From contig DATKRG010000203.1 in assembly GCA_035532275.1 (NCBI GenBank), positions 69 to 64,068 on the forward strand: a stretch of DNA of 64,000 bases, read 5' to 3'. The notes beneath the pieces were generated by a model that was given only the letters and a program-made list of their open reading frames with translations, was not told the origin of the DNA and did not search any database. The DNA is from Streptosporangiaceae bacterium (GTDB lineage Bacteria; Actinomycetota; Actinomycetes; Streptosporangiales; Streptosporangiaceae). This document shows, piece by piece, positions 36,116-45,931 of the stretch (positions are counted from its first letter, which is position 1; every line of letters starts with the position of its first letter). The position numbers and the translations under genes are program-made.

Positions 36116-37912
36116 ATGAGTGTCCTTGACGCGCCGGCGACTGCTCTGGCCGGAGACGTGTTCTCGAACTGGGTGGAGAAGTTCGGGATGGCCCTGGAAA
36201 GCGGCGACCCCGCACTCATCGCCGGCCACTTCGAGCAGGACGGCTATTGGCGGGACATCTTGTCCTTCACCTGGGATTACCGGACCTTCGCGGGCACCGC
36301 GGAGATCCAGCGGGCGGTTGCCGCGACCCTGGCAGCGGCGCAGCCCCGTTCCGCGCGAGTGGCGGCGGACCGCTACCGGCCCCGGCTCGTCAAGCGGTCG
36401 GCCCGGCCCGTCATCGAGGGCTACTTCGACTTCGACACCAGTGTCGGCCGCGGGACCGGATTCGTGCGCCTGCTCGTCAATGAGACCGAGCCCTTCGAGT
36501 CGAAAGTATGGATCCTCCTGACAACCCTGCAGGAGCTTCGCGGGTTCGAGGAGAAAGTCGGCCTGTTGCGCCCGACGGGGGTCGAGTACTCGATGAACTT
36601 CGCCGGCGACAACTGGCTCGACGCGCGGATCAAGTCACAGGAGTACGCAGACCGTGATCCCGAGGTACTCATCGTCGGGGGCGGGCAGTCGGGGCTGTGC
36701 CTGGCGGCCCGGCTGACCCAGATCGGAGTCGATGCGCTCATCGTCGAGAAGAACGAGCGGATCGGCGACAACTGGCGCAACAGGTACCACTCGCTCACAC
36801 TGCACAACGAGGTGTGGGCCAACAGCATGCCTTACATCCCGTTCCCGCCCACCTGGCCCACGTTCCTGCCGAAGGACAAGCTGGCCGGCTGGCTGGAGGC
36901 CTATGCAGAATTCATGGAACTCGATGTCTGGGCAGGGACGGAGTTCGTCGGCGCGCACTACGACGACGCTGCGCGCGTGTGGAAGGTCCGCCTCACCAGG
37001 CGGGGGGGAGTTGAGCGGGAGTTGCGCGTGCCGCACGTCGTCCTGGCCACCGGCAGCGTGAGCGGCCTTCCGCACGTTCCCGTGCTGCCGGGGCTCGACG
37101 AGTTCGCGGGTGAGGTGATCCACTCGAGCCAGTTCACAACTGGAAGTGCCTACCAGGGCAAGCGGGCGATCGTGGTGGGCACCGGAAACAGCGGGCATGA
37201 CGTGGCCCAGGACCTGTACGGCAATGGTGCCGCTCAGGTGACGTTGGTCCAGCGCAACCCCACCTGCGTGGTCAGCCTCGTCCCGAGCGGCACGATGGTC
37301 TACGCCCTTTACTCAGAAGGCCCACCCGTCGAGGACGTGGACCTCATCACGGCGGCGATTCCTTACCCGGTCCTGAAGGAGACCTATCAGTGGCTGACGA
37401 AGCGGACGTGCGCTCTCGACCATGATCTCCTTGAGAAACTCCGGGCTGCGGGCTTCGAGACTGATTTCGAGCCCGATGGCACGGGCTTCCACATGAGATA
37501 TCTGCGCCGGGGTGGCGGCTACTACATCAACGTCGGCTGCTCAGATCTCATCGCCAACGGCCGGATCCGCCTGGTCCAGGCGCGGGACATGACCACCTTT
37601 ACGCCCGGCGGCCTGCGCATGGCCGATGGCAGCGCGATCGGTGCCGACCTGGTGGTCATGGCGACGGGCTACGAGAATCAGCAGGAGAGCGTCCAACGTC
37701 AGTTCGGCCCCGAAGTCGCTGACAAAGTAGGACCCATCTGGGGGTTCAACGAAGACGGCTTCATGCGGAACATGTGGACCCGGACCAGCCAAGCGGGCTT
37801 TTGGATTATGGGCGGGGCACTCAACGAAGCACGACTCTACTCGAGGTTCCTGGCCCTTCTCATCAAAGCCGATCTGGAAGGGATGCTCATGTCGGCGGCA
37901 CGTGAATACTGA
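36116..37912 (+). CDS. Class B flavin-containing monooxygenase (FMO/Baeyer-Villiger-like)
   Basis: ATG 36116 lies within ORF 35417-37912. FAD site VLIVGGGQSGLCLA, FAGEVIHSSQF (FxGxxxHxxxF/Y type), second Rossmann VVGTGNSGHDVA. Confidence 0.85.
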   Translation: MSVLDAPATALAGDVFSNWVEKFGMALESGDPALIAGHFEQDGYWRDILSFTWDYRTFAGTAEIQRAVAATLAAAQPRSARVAADRYRPRLVKRSARPVIEGYFDFDTSVGRGTGFVRLLVNETEPFESKVWILLTTLQELRGFEEKVGLLRPTGVEYSMNFAGDNWLDARIKSQEYADRDPEVLIVGGGQSGLCLAARLTQIGVDALIVEKNERIGDNWRNRYHSLTLHNEVWANSMPYIPFPPTWPTFLPKDKLAGWLEAYAEFMELDVWAGTEFVGAHYDDAARVWKVRLTRRGGVERELRVPHVVLATGSVSGLPHVPVLPGLDEFAGEVIHSSQFTTGSAYQGKRAIVVGTGNSGHDVAQDLYGNGAAQVTLVQRNPTCVVSLVPSGTMVYALYSEGPPVEDVDLITAAIPYPVLKETYQWLTKRTCALDHDLLEKLRAAGFETDFEPDGTGFHMRYLRRGGGYYINVGCSDLIANGRIRLVQARDMTTFTPGGLRMADGSAIGADLVVMATGYENQQESVQRQFGPEVADKVGPIWGFNEDGFMRNMWTRTSQAGFWIMGGALNEARLYSRFLALLIKADLEGMLMSAAREY

Positions 37913-38202
37913 CCCCGGCGCGGCACTCGGGTTCCAGGTCGCTACCGGGTCAGTTTCCGCGCGTCGACGTCAGGCAGATGCGGAGGATTGCTCCGGAGTA
38001 ATGCGGGCCTTCGAAGTTAACCGGGACAAGATCAGCGGGAAGCCGCAGGCGTCGTGTTCCAGGGTCCAGGGTCAGCACTCTTCGGCGTGAAGGCCTGCTG
38101 GTAACGGATGTGCAGGCGGGCCGGCCGGCATGGTGGAGGTGTGGGCGGTCAGGACTGGTCGGCGGCTGCGGCGTGCCCGGGCGGGTCGGTGTCCTGCTCG
38201 CC

Positions 38203-39441
38203 TCATGAGGCCGTGATGGCGCGGCCGCGGGACGTGCGCCAGGCCGGTGACCTGGTGGACGGGGGGAAGGTGACGTCGATGGCCAGGCCGCCGCCGGGGC
38301 GGGGGTGCGCGGTGATGGCGGCGGCGTGGGCGGTGGCGATGGCGCGGATGATGGACAGGCCGAGCCCGTGGCCGCGGTCGCGGCGGGCTGAGCGCGGGCC
38401 GAGGCGCTGGAAGGGCTGGAACAGGCGGTCGACCTCGGCGGGCGGGATGACCTGCCCGGAGTTGGTCACCGACAGGACGGTGCCGACGTGGCTGGTCTTG
38501 GTGGTGATCTGGATGTCCCCGCCGGGGATGTTGTGCCAGACGGCGTTGTCGATCAGGTTGGTCACCAGCTGCTGGACCAGGAGGGGGTCACCGTCGAGGG
38601 CGGCGGGCTGGATATCGGCGTGGACGTTCAGGGCGAGGCGGCTGATAGCGGGGCGGGCGGCGGCCAGGGCGGCGCTGGTGATGGCGGCCAGGTCGGCGGG
38701 CTCGTCCTTGCCGGTGCCGCCTTCGCTGCTGGCCAGGGTGAGCAGTGCGTCGATGAGGCGTTCCTGCTCGGCGTTGAAGGCGAGCAGGTCCTGGCTGACG
38801 GACTGCCAGGTGCCGGCGGTGGCGGCGGGGTCGGCGAGGGTGACCTCGAGCAGGGCGCGTTCGCGGGTCAGGGGCGTGCGCAGCTCGTGCGAGGCGTTGG
38901 CGGCGAACCGCCGCTGGGCGTCGAAGGAGGCTTCCAGCCGCGCGAACAGGTTATCGAGGGTGTCGGCGAGTTCCTTGAGCTCGTCGTCGGGTCCTGGCAG
39001 GGCCAGCCGCTCGTGCAGGCTGCTGGCGGAGATCCGCCGGGCGGCGGCGGTGATCGCGCGCAGCGGGCGCAGCACCCGGCCGGCGATGAGCCAGCCGATC
39101 GCGGCGGCGGCAACCGCGATGACCGTCAGGGCGATGCCGGAGGCGATCAGCAGCTGCTGCCTGTCCTCCAAGGTGATCTGCCCGAGACCCGTCATGTGGA
39201 TCACCGCCTCTGACGGCTGGACGGCGGCGATGGGGACTACTTTGCCTCGCTCGCGGACGAGCACTGGGTGCATCGTGTGCCCGCCGAGCAGACCGTAGAG
39301 CACGTAGGTAAAGGCGAGCACGGTCGCGCCGCAGGCCAGGAACACCGCGCCGCCGTACAGGACGGTAAGGCGCAGCCGGGCGGTACGGCGGGGCAACCGC
39401 AGCCAGCGCGGAGGACTGAGGCGCGGGCGGGCGGTACGCAT
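38203..39441 (-). CDS. Sensor histidine kinase (HAMP-HisKA-HATPase)
   Basis: H-box FAANASHELRTPL, N-box LIDNAVWHN, G-box GHGLGLSII, two N-terminal TM segments. Confidence 0.9.
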   Translation of the reverse strand: MRTARPRLSPPRWLRLPRRTARLRLTVLYGGAVFLACGATVLAFTYVLYGLLGGHTMHPVLVRERGKVVPIAAVQPSEAVIHMTGLGQITLEDRQQLLIASGIALTVIAVAAAAIGWLIAGRVLRPLRAITAAARRISASSLHERLALPGPDDELKELADTLDNLFARLEASFDAQRRFAANASHELRTPLTRERALLEVTLADPAATAGTWQSVSQDLLAFNAEQERLIDALLTLASSEGGTGKDEPADLAAITSAALAAARPAISRLALNVHADIQPAALDGDPLLVQQLVTNLIDNAVWHNIPGGDIQITTKTSHVGTVLSVTNSGQVIPPAEVDRLFQPFQRLGPRSARRDRGHGLGLSIIRAIATAHAAAITAHPRPGGGLAIDVTFPPSTRSPAWRTSRGRAITAS

Positions 39442-40103
39442 CAGGGTCCTCCGATGCGGTAGCCGCTTTCCCGGACGGTCTGGATCACCGGCGGGTCGCC
39501 GAGCTTGGCCCGCAGCCGGCCGATGGTCGTCTTCACCGTCCTGGTGAACGGGTCGGCCTCTTCATCCCATACCCGTTCGAGCAGTTCCTCGGCCGGGACC
39601 GGCCGCCCGTCGGCGGCGAGCAGGCATTCCAGGACGGCGAGTTCCTTGCGGGTCAGCGGCAGGCGCCGCCCGGCGCGGACCGCGACCCGCCGGGCCGGGT
39701 CCAGGCTCAGGTCGCCGTGCTCCAGGCTGGCGGGCTGCGGGGCTGCGGCGCGCCGGGCCAGGGCCCGGATGCGGGCGGTCAGCTCGGCGAAGTGGAACGG
39801 CTTGGGCAGGTAATCATCGGCGCCCAGATCGAGGCCCTCGACCCGGTCCTGGACCGACCTGGCCGCGGTCAGCATCAGCACCCGGCTCTCGGATCTGCCC
39901 GCGGCAAGGGCCCGGCAGACGTCATCGCCGTGCGTGCCGGGCAGGTCCCGGTCCAGCACCACGACGTCATAGCGGTTGACCGCCGCCCGCTCCAGGGCCG
40001 CGTCGCCGTCCAGGGCCACGTCGACGGCCATGCCCTCGCGGCGCAGCCCGGCAGCCACTGTCTCGGCCAGGAACTCGTCGTCCTCGGCTATCAGCACTCG
40101 CAT
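39441..40103 (-). CDS. OmpR-family response regulator
   Basis: ATG 40103 (MRVLIAEDDEFL...). Receiver VVVLDRDLPGTHG and winged-helix C-terminus. The stop overlaps the kinase start (ATGA). Confidence 0.9.
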   Translation of the reverse strand: MRVLIAEDDEFLAETVAAGLRREGMAVDVALDGDAALERAAVNRYDVVVLDRDLPGTHGDDVCRALAAGRSESRVLMLTAARSVQDRVEGLDLGADDYLPKPFHFAELTARIRALARRAAAPQPASLEHGDLSLDPARRVAVRAGRRLPLTRKELAVLECLLAADGRPVPAEELLERVWDEEADPFTRTVKTTIGRLRAKLGDPPVIQTVRESGYRIGGP

Positions 40104-40296
40104 CGCATCTCCCGCTGCTTGCCGCGCCTGGTGGCATGCCAGCCAGCCGCCCGGGTCACAGGATCGCAGGTCGCAGGTCACAGCCAGGCCACATTTTCTG
40201 TGGCCGAGCTGTGACCTCCCGATCTGTACAACTGCTTACCGGGGGAGAGCAGGAGAAAGACACGATGTCCCGTCTTGGCTTTTCGAGGAGGCCACG

Positions 40297-41856
40297 ATGA
40301 ACGGCAAGACAGGCGGCAACCGGGGCCCGCGGCGCGCGGGAGCCCTGGCTGTCGTGGCAGCCGCCGCCGTGCTGGTGGCGGCGTGCGGCGGCGGTCCCTC
40401 GTCCCCTGTCGGCTCTTCCTCGACAGAGTCGGCGACCTACCGGGCGGACCTTGCCTACGCGCAGTGCATGCGAGCCCACGGCCTGACGAAGTTCCCCAAC
40501 CCCAATCCATCGGGGGGCTTCAGCTTCAGCCCGGTCCTGAACGGCAACGGCAACAGCCCCGCGGCGCGGGCTAATGACGCCTGCAAGCACCTGCTGCCTC
40601 GCGGCAGCGCGACAGCGCCGGCGACGACCAGCCCGCCTGGTGCCGTAGCGGCTGACTGCCTGGCCTCCCGGCCGCCGTGTTATGCACCCCGGCAGTTCCG
40701 GGTCGCCTACGGCATCCAGCCGCTGCCGGATCGCGGGATCACCGGCCGCGGCGTCACGGTGGTGCTGCCCGAGGAGGCCGAAACGGGGCCGGCGCGGCCT
40801 CAGCCGCCCACCGGCATCCTGCAGGCAGTCACCGACATCCGGCAGGACGTGGCGGGCTTCGACAGCCGGTTCGGGCTGCCCCCGGCACGGATCCAGGTCA
40901 TCACGACCCTGGCCGGCTCGTCCGCCTCGCCGTGGCTGGCCGGCGTGGAGGAGGTGGAGGACACCGAGCTGGTGCACGCGGTCGCCCCGGACGCTGCCAT
41001 CGTTGAGCTTCTGGTCGACCCGGCGGACGTGAGCACCCCGGCGAAGTTCGCTGACACGTGGGCCACGGCGGTGCGGATCGCCGCCCGCCACGGCGAGGTG
41101 ATCTCGCAGAGCGGCATCGGTCAGGACTTCAACCTGGGTGAGGGCTCCTGGACCAGCGCGGAGGTGGCGACCATGAACTCGGCGCTGCAGTACGCCGCCG
41201 CCCGCCATGTCACCGTCGTGGTCGCGTCGGGAGATGAGGGCGCGCTCGGCAACGGCTCGTCCACGCCGGTCAAGGGGATCATCCTGCCCACGTCCGACCC
41301 GCTGGTGCTCGCGGCCGGCGGCACCAGCCTGACCGCGAACCCGGTCACCGGCGCGTACATCAGCGAGACCGCCTGGAACACCCCGCCCGAACCGAATGGC
41401 GGGCCGTCCGCGTCGGGTGGCGGGTTCAGCCACCTGTTCGCCCGGCCCGCCTACCAGGACGGCGTGCCCGGCATCGGCGCCACCCGGGGCGTGCCGGACG
41501 TCGCCGCGGACGCCTCCTCCGGCACCGGCATGGCGCTCGCGTTCAGCGCGCCGGGCGGCGGCTACGAGTTCTTCGGGGCCGGCGGCACCAGCGCGGCCGC
41601 GCCGTTCTGGGCGGGGCTGATCGCCCTGGCCGACCAGGAGGCCGGTCACCCGCTCGGCTTCGTCAACCCGGCCATCTACCGGATCGCCCGCGGTCCGCTG
41701 TACCACAAGGCGTTCCACGACATCACCACCGGCAACAACACCGTGGTCCTCAACGGGGTCACGGTCACCGGCTACCAGGCCGGACCCGGCTGGGACCCGG
41801 TCACCGGCTGGGGGACCCCCGACGCCCAAGTCCTCATCCCCCTGCTCGCCCGCTGA
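40297..41856 (+). CDS. S53 (sedolisin/kumamolisin-like) peptidase, lipoprotein
   Basis: ATG 40297 follows GAGGAG. Lipobox LVAACGG, catalytic-Ser block GAGGTSAAAPFWAGLIAL, and the ASGDEG block. Confidence 0.8.
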   Translation: MNGKTGGNRGPRRAGALAVVAAAAVLVAACGGGPSSPVGSSSTESATYRADLAYAQCMRAHGLTKFPNPNPSGGFSFSPVLNGNGNSPAARANDACKHLLPRGSATAPATTSPPGAVAADCLASRPPCYAPRQFRVAYGIQPLPDRGITGRGVTVVLPEEAETGPARPQPPTGILQAVTDIRQDVAGFDSRFGLPPARIQVITTLAGSSASPWLAGVEEVEDTELVHAVAPDAAIVELLVDPADVSTPAKFADTWATAVRIAARHGEVISQSGIGQDFNLGEGSWTSAEVATMNSALQYAAARHVTVVVASGDEGALGNGSSTPVKGIILPTSDPLVLAAGGTSLTANPVTGAYISETAWNTPPEPNGGPSASGGGFSHLFARPAYQDGVPGIGATRGVPDVAADASSGTGMALAFSAPGGGYEFFGAGGTSAAAPFWAGLIALADQEAGHPLGFVNPAIYRIARGPLYHKAFHDITTGNNTVVLNGVTVTGYQAGPGWDPVTGWGTPDAQVLIPLLAR

Positions 41857-41869
41857 GGCACCGCGACAT

Positions 41870-41907
41870 GTTCCGGGTTTCCGGTGCCATTGCCCGGAAC
41901 CCGGAAC
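41870..41907 (+). terminator. Strong hairpin after the S53 peptidase gene (14 bp + 1 bulge, 9-nt loop)
   Basis: gttccgggtttccgg / tgccattgc / ccggaacccggaac, starting 14 nt after the stop. No U-tract. Confidence 0.5.
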
Positions 41908-41954
41908 GTTGCCGGCTTCCCGGGTCTGATCCGGACGCTGGTACCGGCTGATGA

Positions 41955-41998
41955 CTTAGTGGGTGGCCCCGGAAGTTCGTCGGGGGTCCATCAAGCGG
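41955..41998. repeat. Solo copy of an IS630-family element end (direct repeat of 42692-42735)
   Basis: 36 of 44 nt identical to 42692-42735 by hand alignment. Confidence 0.55.
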
Positions 41999-42048
41999 TG
42001 GCGGTCTCAAACCCGGGTTCCGTGGCGGGAGGAGTGGGAGACTTCCAG

Positions 42049-42673
42049 CGTGCCGAGACGTACCTGGCTCGACCAGAAGGTCGACGCGCTCCTGGAGGAA
42101 CTCGCTGCGTCCGGCATGGACCTCGATCGGCGACGTGCCGGTGAGCTGATCACCGATCGGGTCCGCGCTGTGGCAGCCCTCATGCGGGTCACCGCGCCGA
42201 CCGCCCGCAGGTACCTGGACGACGAGACAGTCAGGGACATGGCGCGGCGGATGCTGTTCGAGTTCGCCGCCGAGCAGCCAGGCGCCGATCTGCTGGAGGT
42301 GCCAAGGACCGTCCCGGTGCCGCTTGTCTTTGCCGGGGTCATCGTTGCCGCCCTGGCCGAGGCAATGCAGGTCCGGGCGGCGAACGAGCCATCTGATCGC
42401 CTTGGCGGCGTGGTCGCCATCTACGGGCAGGTGCTGTCGGGGCTTGGGCAGATCACCGCCGAGGCCGCGTCAGGCCAGGCCGGCAATTCGGCAAAGGCCA
42501 TGTTCCCGCCCGCGTTGCTGCGCCGTGCCGCCAGGTACATCGGCAGCGCCGCCGACCTGGCCGCGAGTGGTGGCAACCTCCCGGACGGGGTTCCCGAGGC
42601 AGCACGCGGCGAGCTGGCCGCGGCCCTCCGCCGAGACGCCGACGGGTTGATCACAGTCATCACCAAGGCGTGA
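42049..42673 (+). CDS. Hypothetical protein
   Basis: ORF 41963-42673. The first ~28 codons read through the repeat copy, so GTG 42049 (VPRRTWLDQKVDALLEEL...) is preferred. No recognisable motif. Confidence 0.4.
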
Positions 42674-42691
42674 GGGCTGCAGCTGGGGGAT

Positions 42692-42735
42692 CTTGGCGGG
42701 TGGCCGGGTAAGTTCGCCGGGGGTTCATCAGGCGG
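42692..42735. repeat. IS630-family element end (includes the transposase stop codon); direct repeat of 41955-41998
   Basis: See 41955-41998. The transposase stop at 42728-42730 lies inside this copy. Confidence 0.55.
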
Positions 42736-43020
42736 CCTCTGGCAGGCTGGCCGGCTTGGCGGGAGGTTCTTCGCGGGCGCTGATCCGTTCGGGTAGCCGG
42801 GCGAGGTCTGCGGCGGTGAACTTCCAGTTGAACGGCCGGGCGGTCTTGTTGTACCGGCCGGTGAACGCCAGCAGGGTGGCAGAGAGCTGGGCGGTGCTGG
42901 CGAAGTCGTTCGGGGAGACGGCCTTTTTCTGCACGATCGAGAAGAAGATCTCTATCTGGTTCAGCCAGGACGCGTGGACCGGCGTGTGGATCAAGATGGC
43001 GTTCGGCCAGGGCTGTCTTC
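42728..43020 (-). mobile_element. IS630-family transposase, C-terminal fragment
   Basis: ...WPNAILIHTPVHASWLNQIEIFFSIVQKKAVSPNDFASTAQLSATLLAFTGRYNKTARPFNWKFT... (DDE C-terminal block). The N-terminal two thirds are missing. Confidence 0.7.
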
Positions 43021-43165
43021 GGGCCACCAGACGGTGATCTGGTCGTGCGGGCTGTCCATGCGGTCGACCCGGCCGACTCGCTGCTCGGCGACGCGCAAGG
43101 TCGTGGGCAGGTCGAGGTGCACTAGCGCCGCTGCGCCCTGCAAATTCAATCCCTCGTTGAGTGCG
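43010..43165 (-). pseudogene. SF2 helicase C-terminal domain fragment (motifs V-VI)
   Basis: SDALNEGLNLQGAAALVHLDLPTTLRVAEQRVGRVDRMDSPHDQITVWW, about 50 aa, wedged between two IS fragments. Confidence 0.45.
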
Positions 43166-43645
43166 TCGGAACACAACGAGACCAGCTACTTCACCGAACT
43201 CCTGGAACCTCTGGACCTGGCCGGTGCCGTGGTGACCTTCGACGCCCTCCATACGGTACGGGCGAACCTGAACTGGCTGGCAGGCGAGAAGAAAGGCCAC
43301 TACATCGCCGTGGTGAAGAAGAACCAGCCCAGCCTGCATGCGCAGATCAAGAACCTGCCCTGGCGGCAGATCCCGGCCGCTGCCCCCCAGCGCGACCGCG
43401 GCCACGGCCGCGAGGAACACCGCACGCTCAAAGCCGCCACCATCGCCGCCGGGCTCTGCTTCCCGTATGCCATGCAGGCCCTCCGCGTCACCCGCCGGAT
43501 CCGGCCCCTTCCTGGTGGGAAATGGCGGACCGTCACCACCTACGCGGTCACCAGCCTGACCGTCGGCCAGGCCACTCCCGCCCAGCTCGCCGGATGGATA
43601 CGCGGCCACTGGCGCATCGAAGCCCTGCACCACATCCATTCTCCA
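43160..43645 (+). mobile_element. ISAs1-family transposase fragment (central part)
   Basis: ...EHNETSYFTELLEPLDLAGAVVTFDALHTVRANLNWL...GHYIAVVKKNQPSL...IRGHWRIEALHHI. The N-terminus is missing. The frame is interrupted after HWRIEALH. Confidence 0.7.
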
Positions 43646-43873
43646 GGGGTCCCCAGCCTGTCGCATGACGTAGCGCCAGATGCCCGGCGGAGAGCTTTGG
43701 CAGCATGCCCCGATGGGTGTAGTGCTCGTTGTCGCTGCTAGTCACAGGCTCGGCCCGTGCGGACGCGCCACGTATGCAACACCTCAGCCGCTAACGGCGA
43801 CTTGTTGATCATGTCTCAACCTGGACAAACCAGGGAAACATCCGATTCATCCCGATCCGGACCCCTGGAGAAG

Positions 43874-43948
43874 CTCCGCGACGTTACCTACGGCGAAGAC
43901 GCATCCCAGACCCGGACCGGCAACGGACCCCAGGTCATGGCCACGCTC
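43874..43948 (+). mobile_element. ISAs1-family transposase fragment (continuation after a ~230-bp interruption)
   Basis: LRDVTYGEDASQTRTGNGPQVMATL is the block that normally follows HW.IEN.LHWV directly. Confidence 0.6.
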
Positions 43949-44066
43949 ATATGCCGGGGCACTGGGGTCCGGGGTGCCGGTCTCATGCGAAGCGCCACCC
44001 AGACTCGGCTGGTTCGCATATGGCTTGATCCTGGTCAGCTTGCCAAGCCCGATGCCCGGCGGGCCA

Positions 44067-45416
44067 TCACAGCGGAGCAGTGGCGATGTTGTTGAGATGT
44101 GATTGAGTCTCCCTGAGCGTGGGCAAGCCGCCGGACACGGAGATGTAACGCTGCCCGGCAATGAGCAGCTCCTCGGCAGGGAACCGGGTGATGACCTCGC
44201 AGCCTTCAGCGGTGACAACCACCTCCTCCTCGATGCGGGCCGCTGACCAGCCGTCGCTGCCAGGCCAGTAAGTCTCGAGAGCGAATACCATGCCTTGTTC
44301 CAGCACCTCGGGATGGTCGAATGACGTCAGTTTGCTGAAGATCGGCCGCTCCCAGATCGACAGCCCGACGCCGTGCCCGTACTGCAGCCCGAAAGCAGCT
44401 TCCTCATTGGGAAAGCCAAATTCGGTCGCGTCGGGCCATTGTGCGCAGATGTCCGCTGTGGTGGCACCTGGCCGTACCAGCGCCAAAGCCCGGTCCATGT
44501 ACTCACGGGCCCGGTTATATGCATCGCGCTGTGCTATTGACGCACTGCCGACCGCGAAAGTTCGGTAATAGCAAGTGCGATATCCATTATAGCTGTGCAG
44601 GATGTCGAAGAAAGCAGGATCACCCGGTCGTATAAGCCTGTCGCTGTACACATGCGGATGTGGTGAGCATCGTTCCCCGGAGATAGCGTTGACGCCCTCC
44701 ACGTGCTCCGATCCGAGGTCGTAGAGCGTCTTGCTGACCAGGCCTACGCATTCGTTCTCACGGACACCAGGCCGGAGGAATGCGTACAGGGAGTCGTAGG
44801 CTGCATCGACCATCGCTGCGGCGCTCGTCAGCAACGAAATCTCATCCTGGGTCTTGAGCCGCCGGGCCTCAAGGAATACCTGCTGTCCGTCGACAACAGC
44901 GATGCCGAGCCTTTGCAGGGCCAGCAGCACGGGAATCTCCACGATATCGACACCAAGTGGTTCGCCGGCCAGGCCACGTGCAGCGAGCTCGACGTGTACC
45001 TTGCTGGCGACATCCTCGGCACGGCCCGAAGCCGGATTAATCGCGCCGCGCAGGGTGGACAGGCCCGCGCGTGAGCGGCTCGCCGCGGACTGGCCGTCCC
45101 GGGACTGATCACCATGCTGATCACCCAGCCATGGGCAATAGAGTTCATGATGGCGTGCCGCAGAGCCAAAGTCCCATACGATCGGGAGGCAGCCTCGCAT
45201 TAGCAGGGCAAATCGAGTCATCTTGTCCATGCCCCAAGTGCCGATGTGCGTGGCTGTCATATACCGGATGTTATGGAAGTCGAAAGTAAGCAGCGCACCG
45301 AGGTCAGAGCGCTCCAGCTCGGCTTGCAGCCTGGACAGCCGCTCTTCGCGAAGCCGCTGGAAGTCGACGCGCTGCTCCCAGTCGACGGCGTTGGTACCAT
45401 ACGTATGAGTTCCCAA
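44067..45416 (-). CDS. M24 family metallopeptidase (creatinase/Xaa-Pro peptidase-like)
   Basis: 449 aa. Creatinase-type N-domain followed by a pita-bread domain with YGHGVGLSIWERP and ALETYW metal-ligand blocks. Confidence 0.8.
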   Translation of the reverse strand: MGTHTYGTNAVDWEQRVDFQRLREERLSRLQAELERSDLGALLTFDFHNIRYMTATHIGTWGMDKMTRFALLMRGCLPIVWDFGSAARHHELYCPWLGDQHGDQSRDGQSAASRSRAGLSTLRGAINPASGRAEDVASKVHVELAARGLAGEPLGVDIVEIPVLLALQRLGIAVVDGQQVFLEARRLKTQDEISLLTSAAAMVDAAYDSLYAFLRPGVRENECVGLVSKTLYDLGSEHVEGVNAISGERCSPHPHVYSDRLIRPGDPAFFDILHSYNGYRTCYYRTFAVGSASIAQRDAYNRAREYMDRALALVRPGATTADICAQWPDATEFGFPNEEAAFGLQYGHGVGLSIWERPIFSKLTSFDHPEVLEQGMVFALETYWPGSDGWSAARIEEEVVVTAEGCEVITRFPAEELLIAGQRYISVSGGLPTLRETQSHLNNIATAPL

Positions 45417-45931
45417 CCTACTATCCCTTCGGTCGCGGGCGGATTTAGGGACATTCCTTCTGATCTTCTAGCGGCCTCTGCAATCCCGCCCGTGCCCCGG
45501 CCCGACGATAGGATGGTGCCGAAATCTGGTGCATGTGGTGTTGTCCGGCGCGTCATTATGAGCTAGATATGCCTCGATACCCGGGCCAGGACGCATCTAA
45601 AGCCCCCGTGAGGTGATCGTGATCCGCGCGGGGCTTTCGAATGCTGTTACGGCAACGATGCCGCCTGGTCTTGTGAGATCCAACGGATGGGAGCAAGTCC
45701 CCGCCTGTCTCAGCACACCAGGCCTGACCCGGGATGGCCGGGATGGTGGGTGCCGAGCCGCCACTCAGCCCGACGTAGGTGGCGGCAACAGCGCGTTCGA
45801 CCGGCTCGCAACCGGGACTGACCAGGCGCCTTGCCGCTCCGCATGGCTGCCATGTTAAGCTCTGCTGCAGAGAGTGTCAATCACTACTTCACATGGCTGG
45901 CTCCATGGCCTCGCCCTCGTGAGTGCAGGCG

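Noticed and set aside
40156-41829. 557-aa ORF on the - strand
   Set aside because: It is antisense to the S53 peptidase, whose frame shows the lipobox and the GGTSAAAP catalytic block.
42728-43666. 312-aa minus-strand ORF treated as one gene
   Set aside because: Only its last ~97 codons are IS630-transposase-like. The rest is antisense to the ISAs1 transposase fragment on the + strand.
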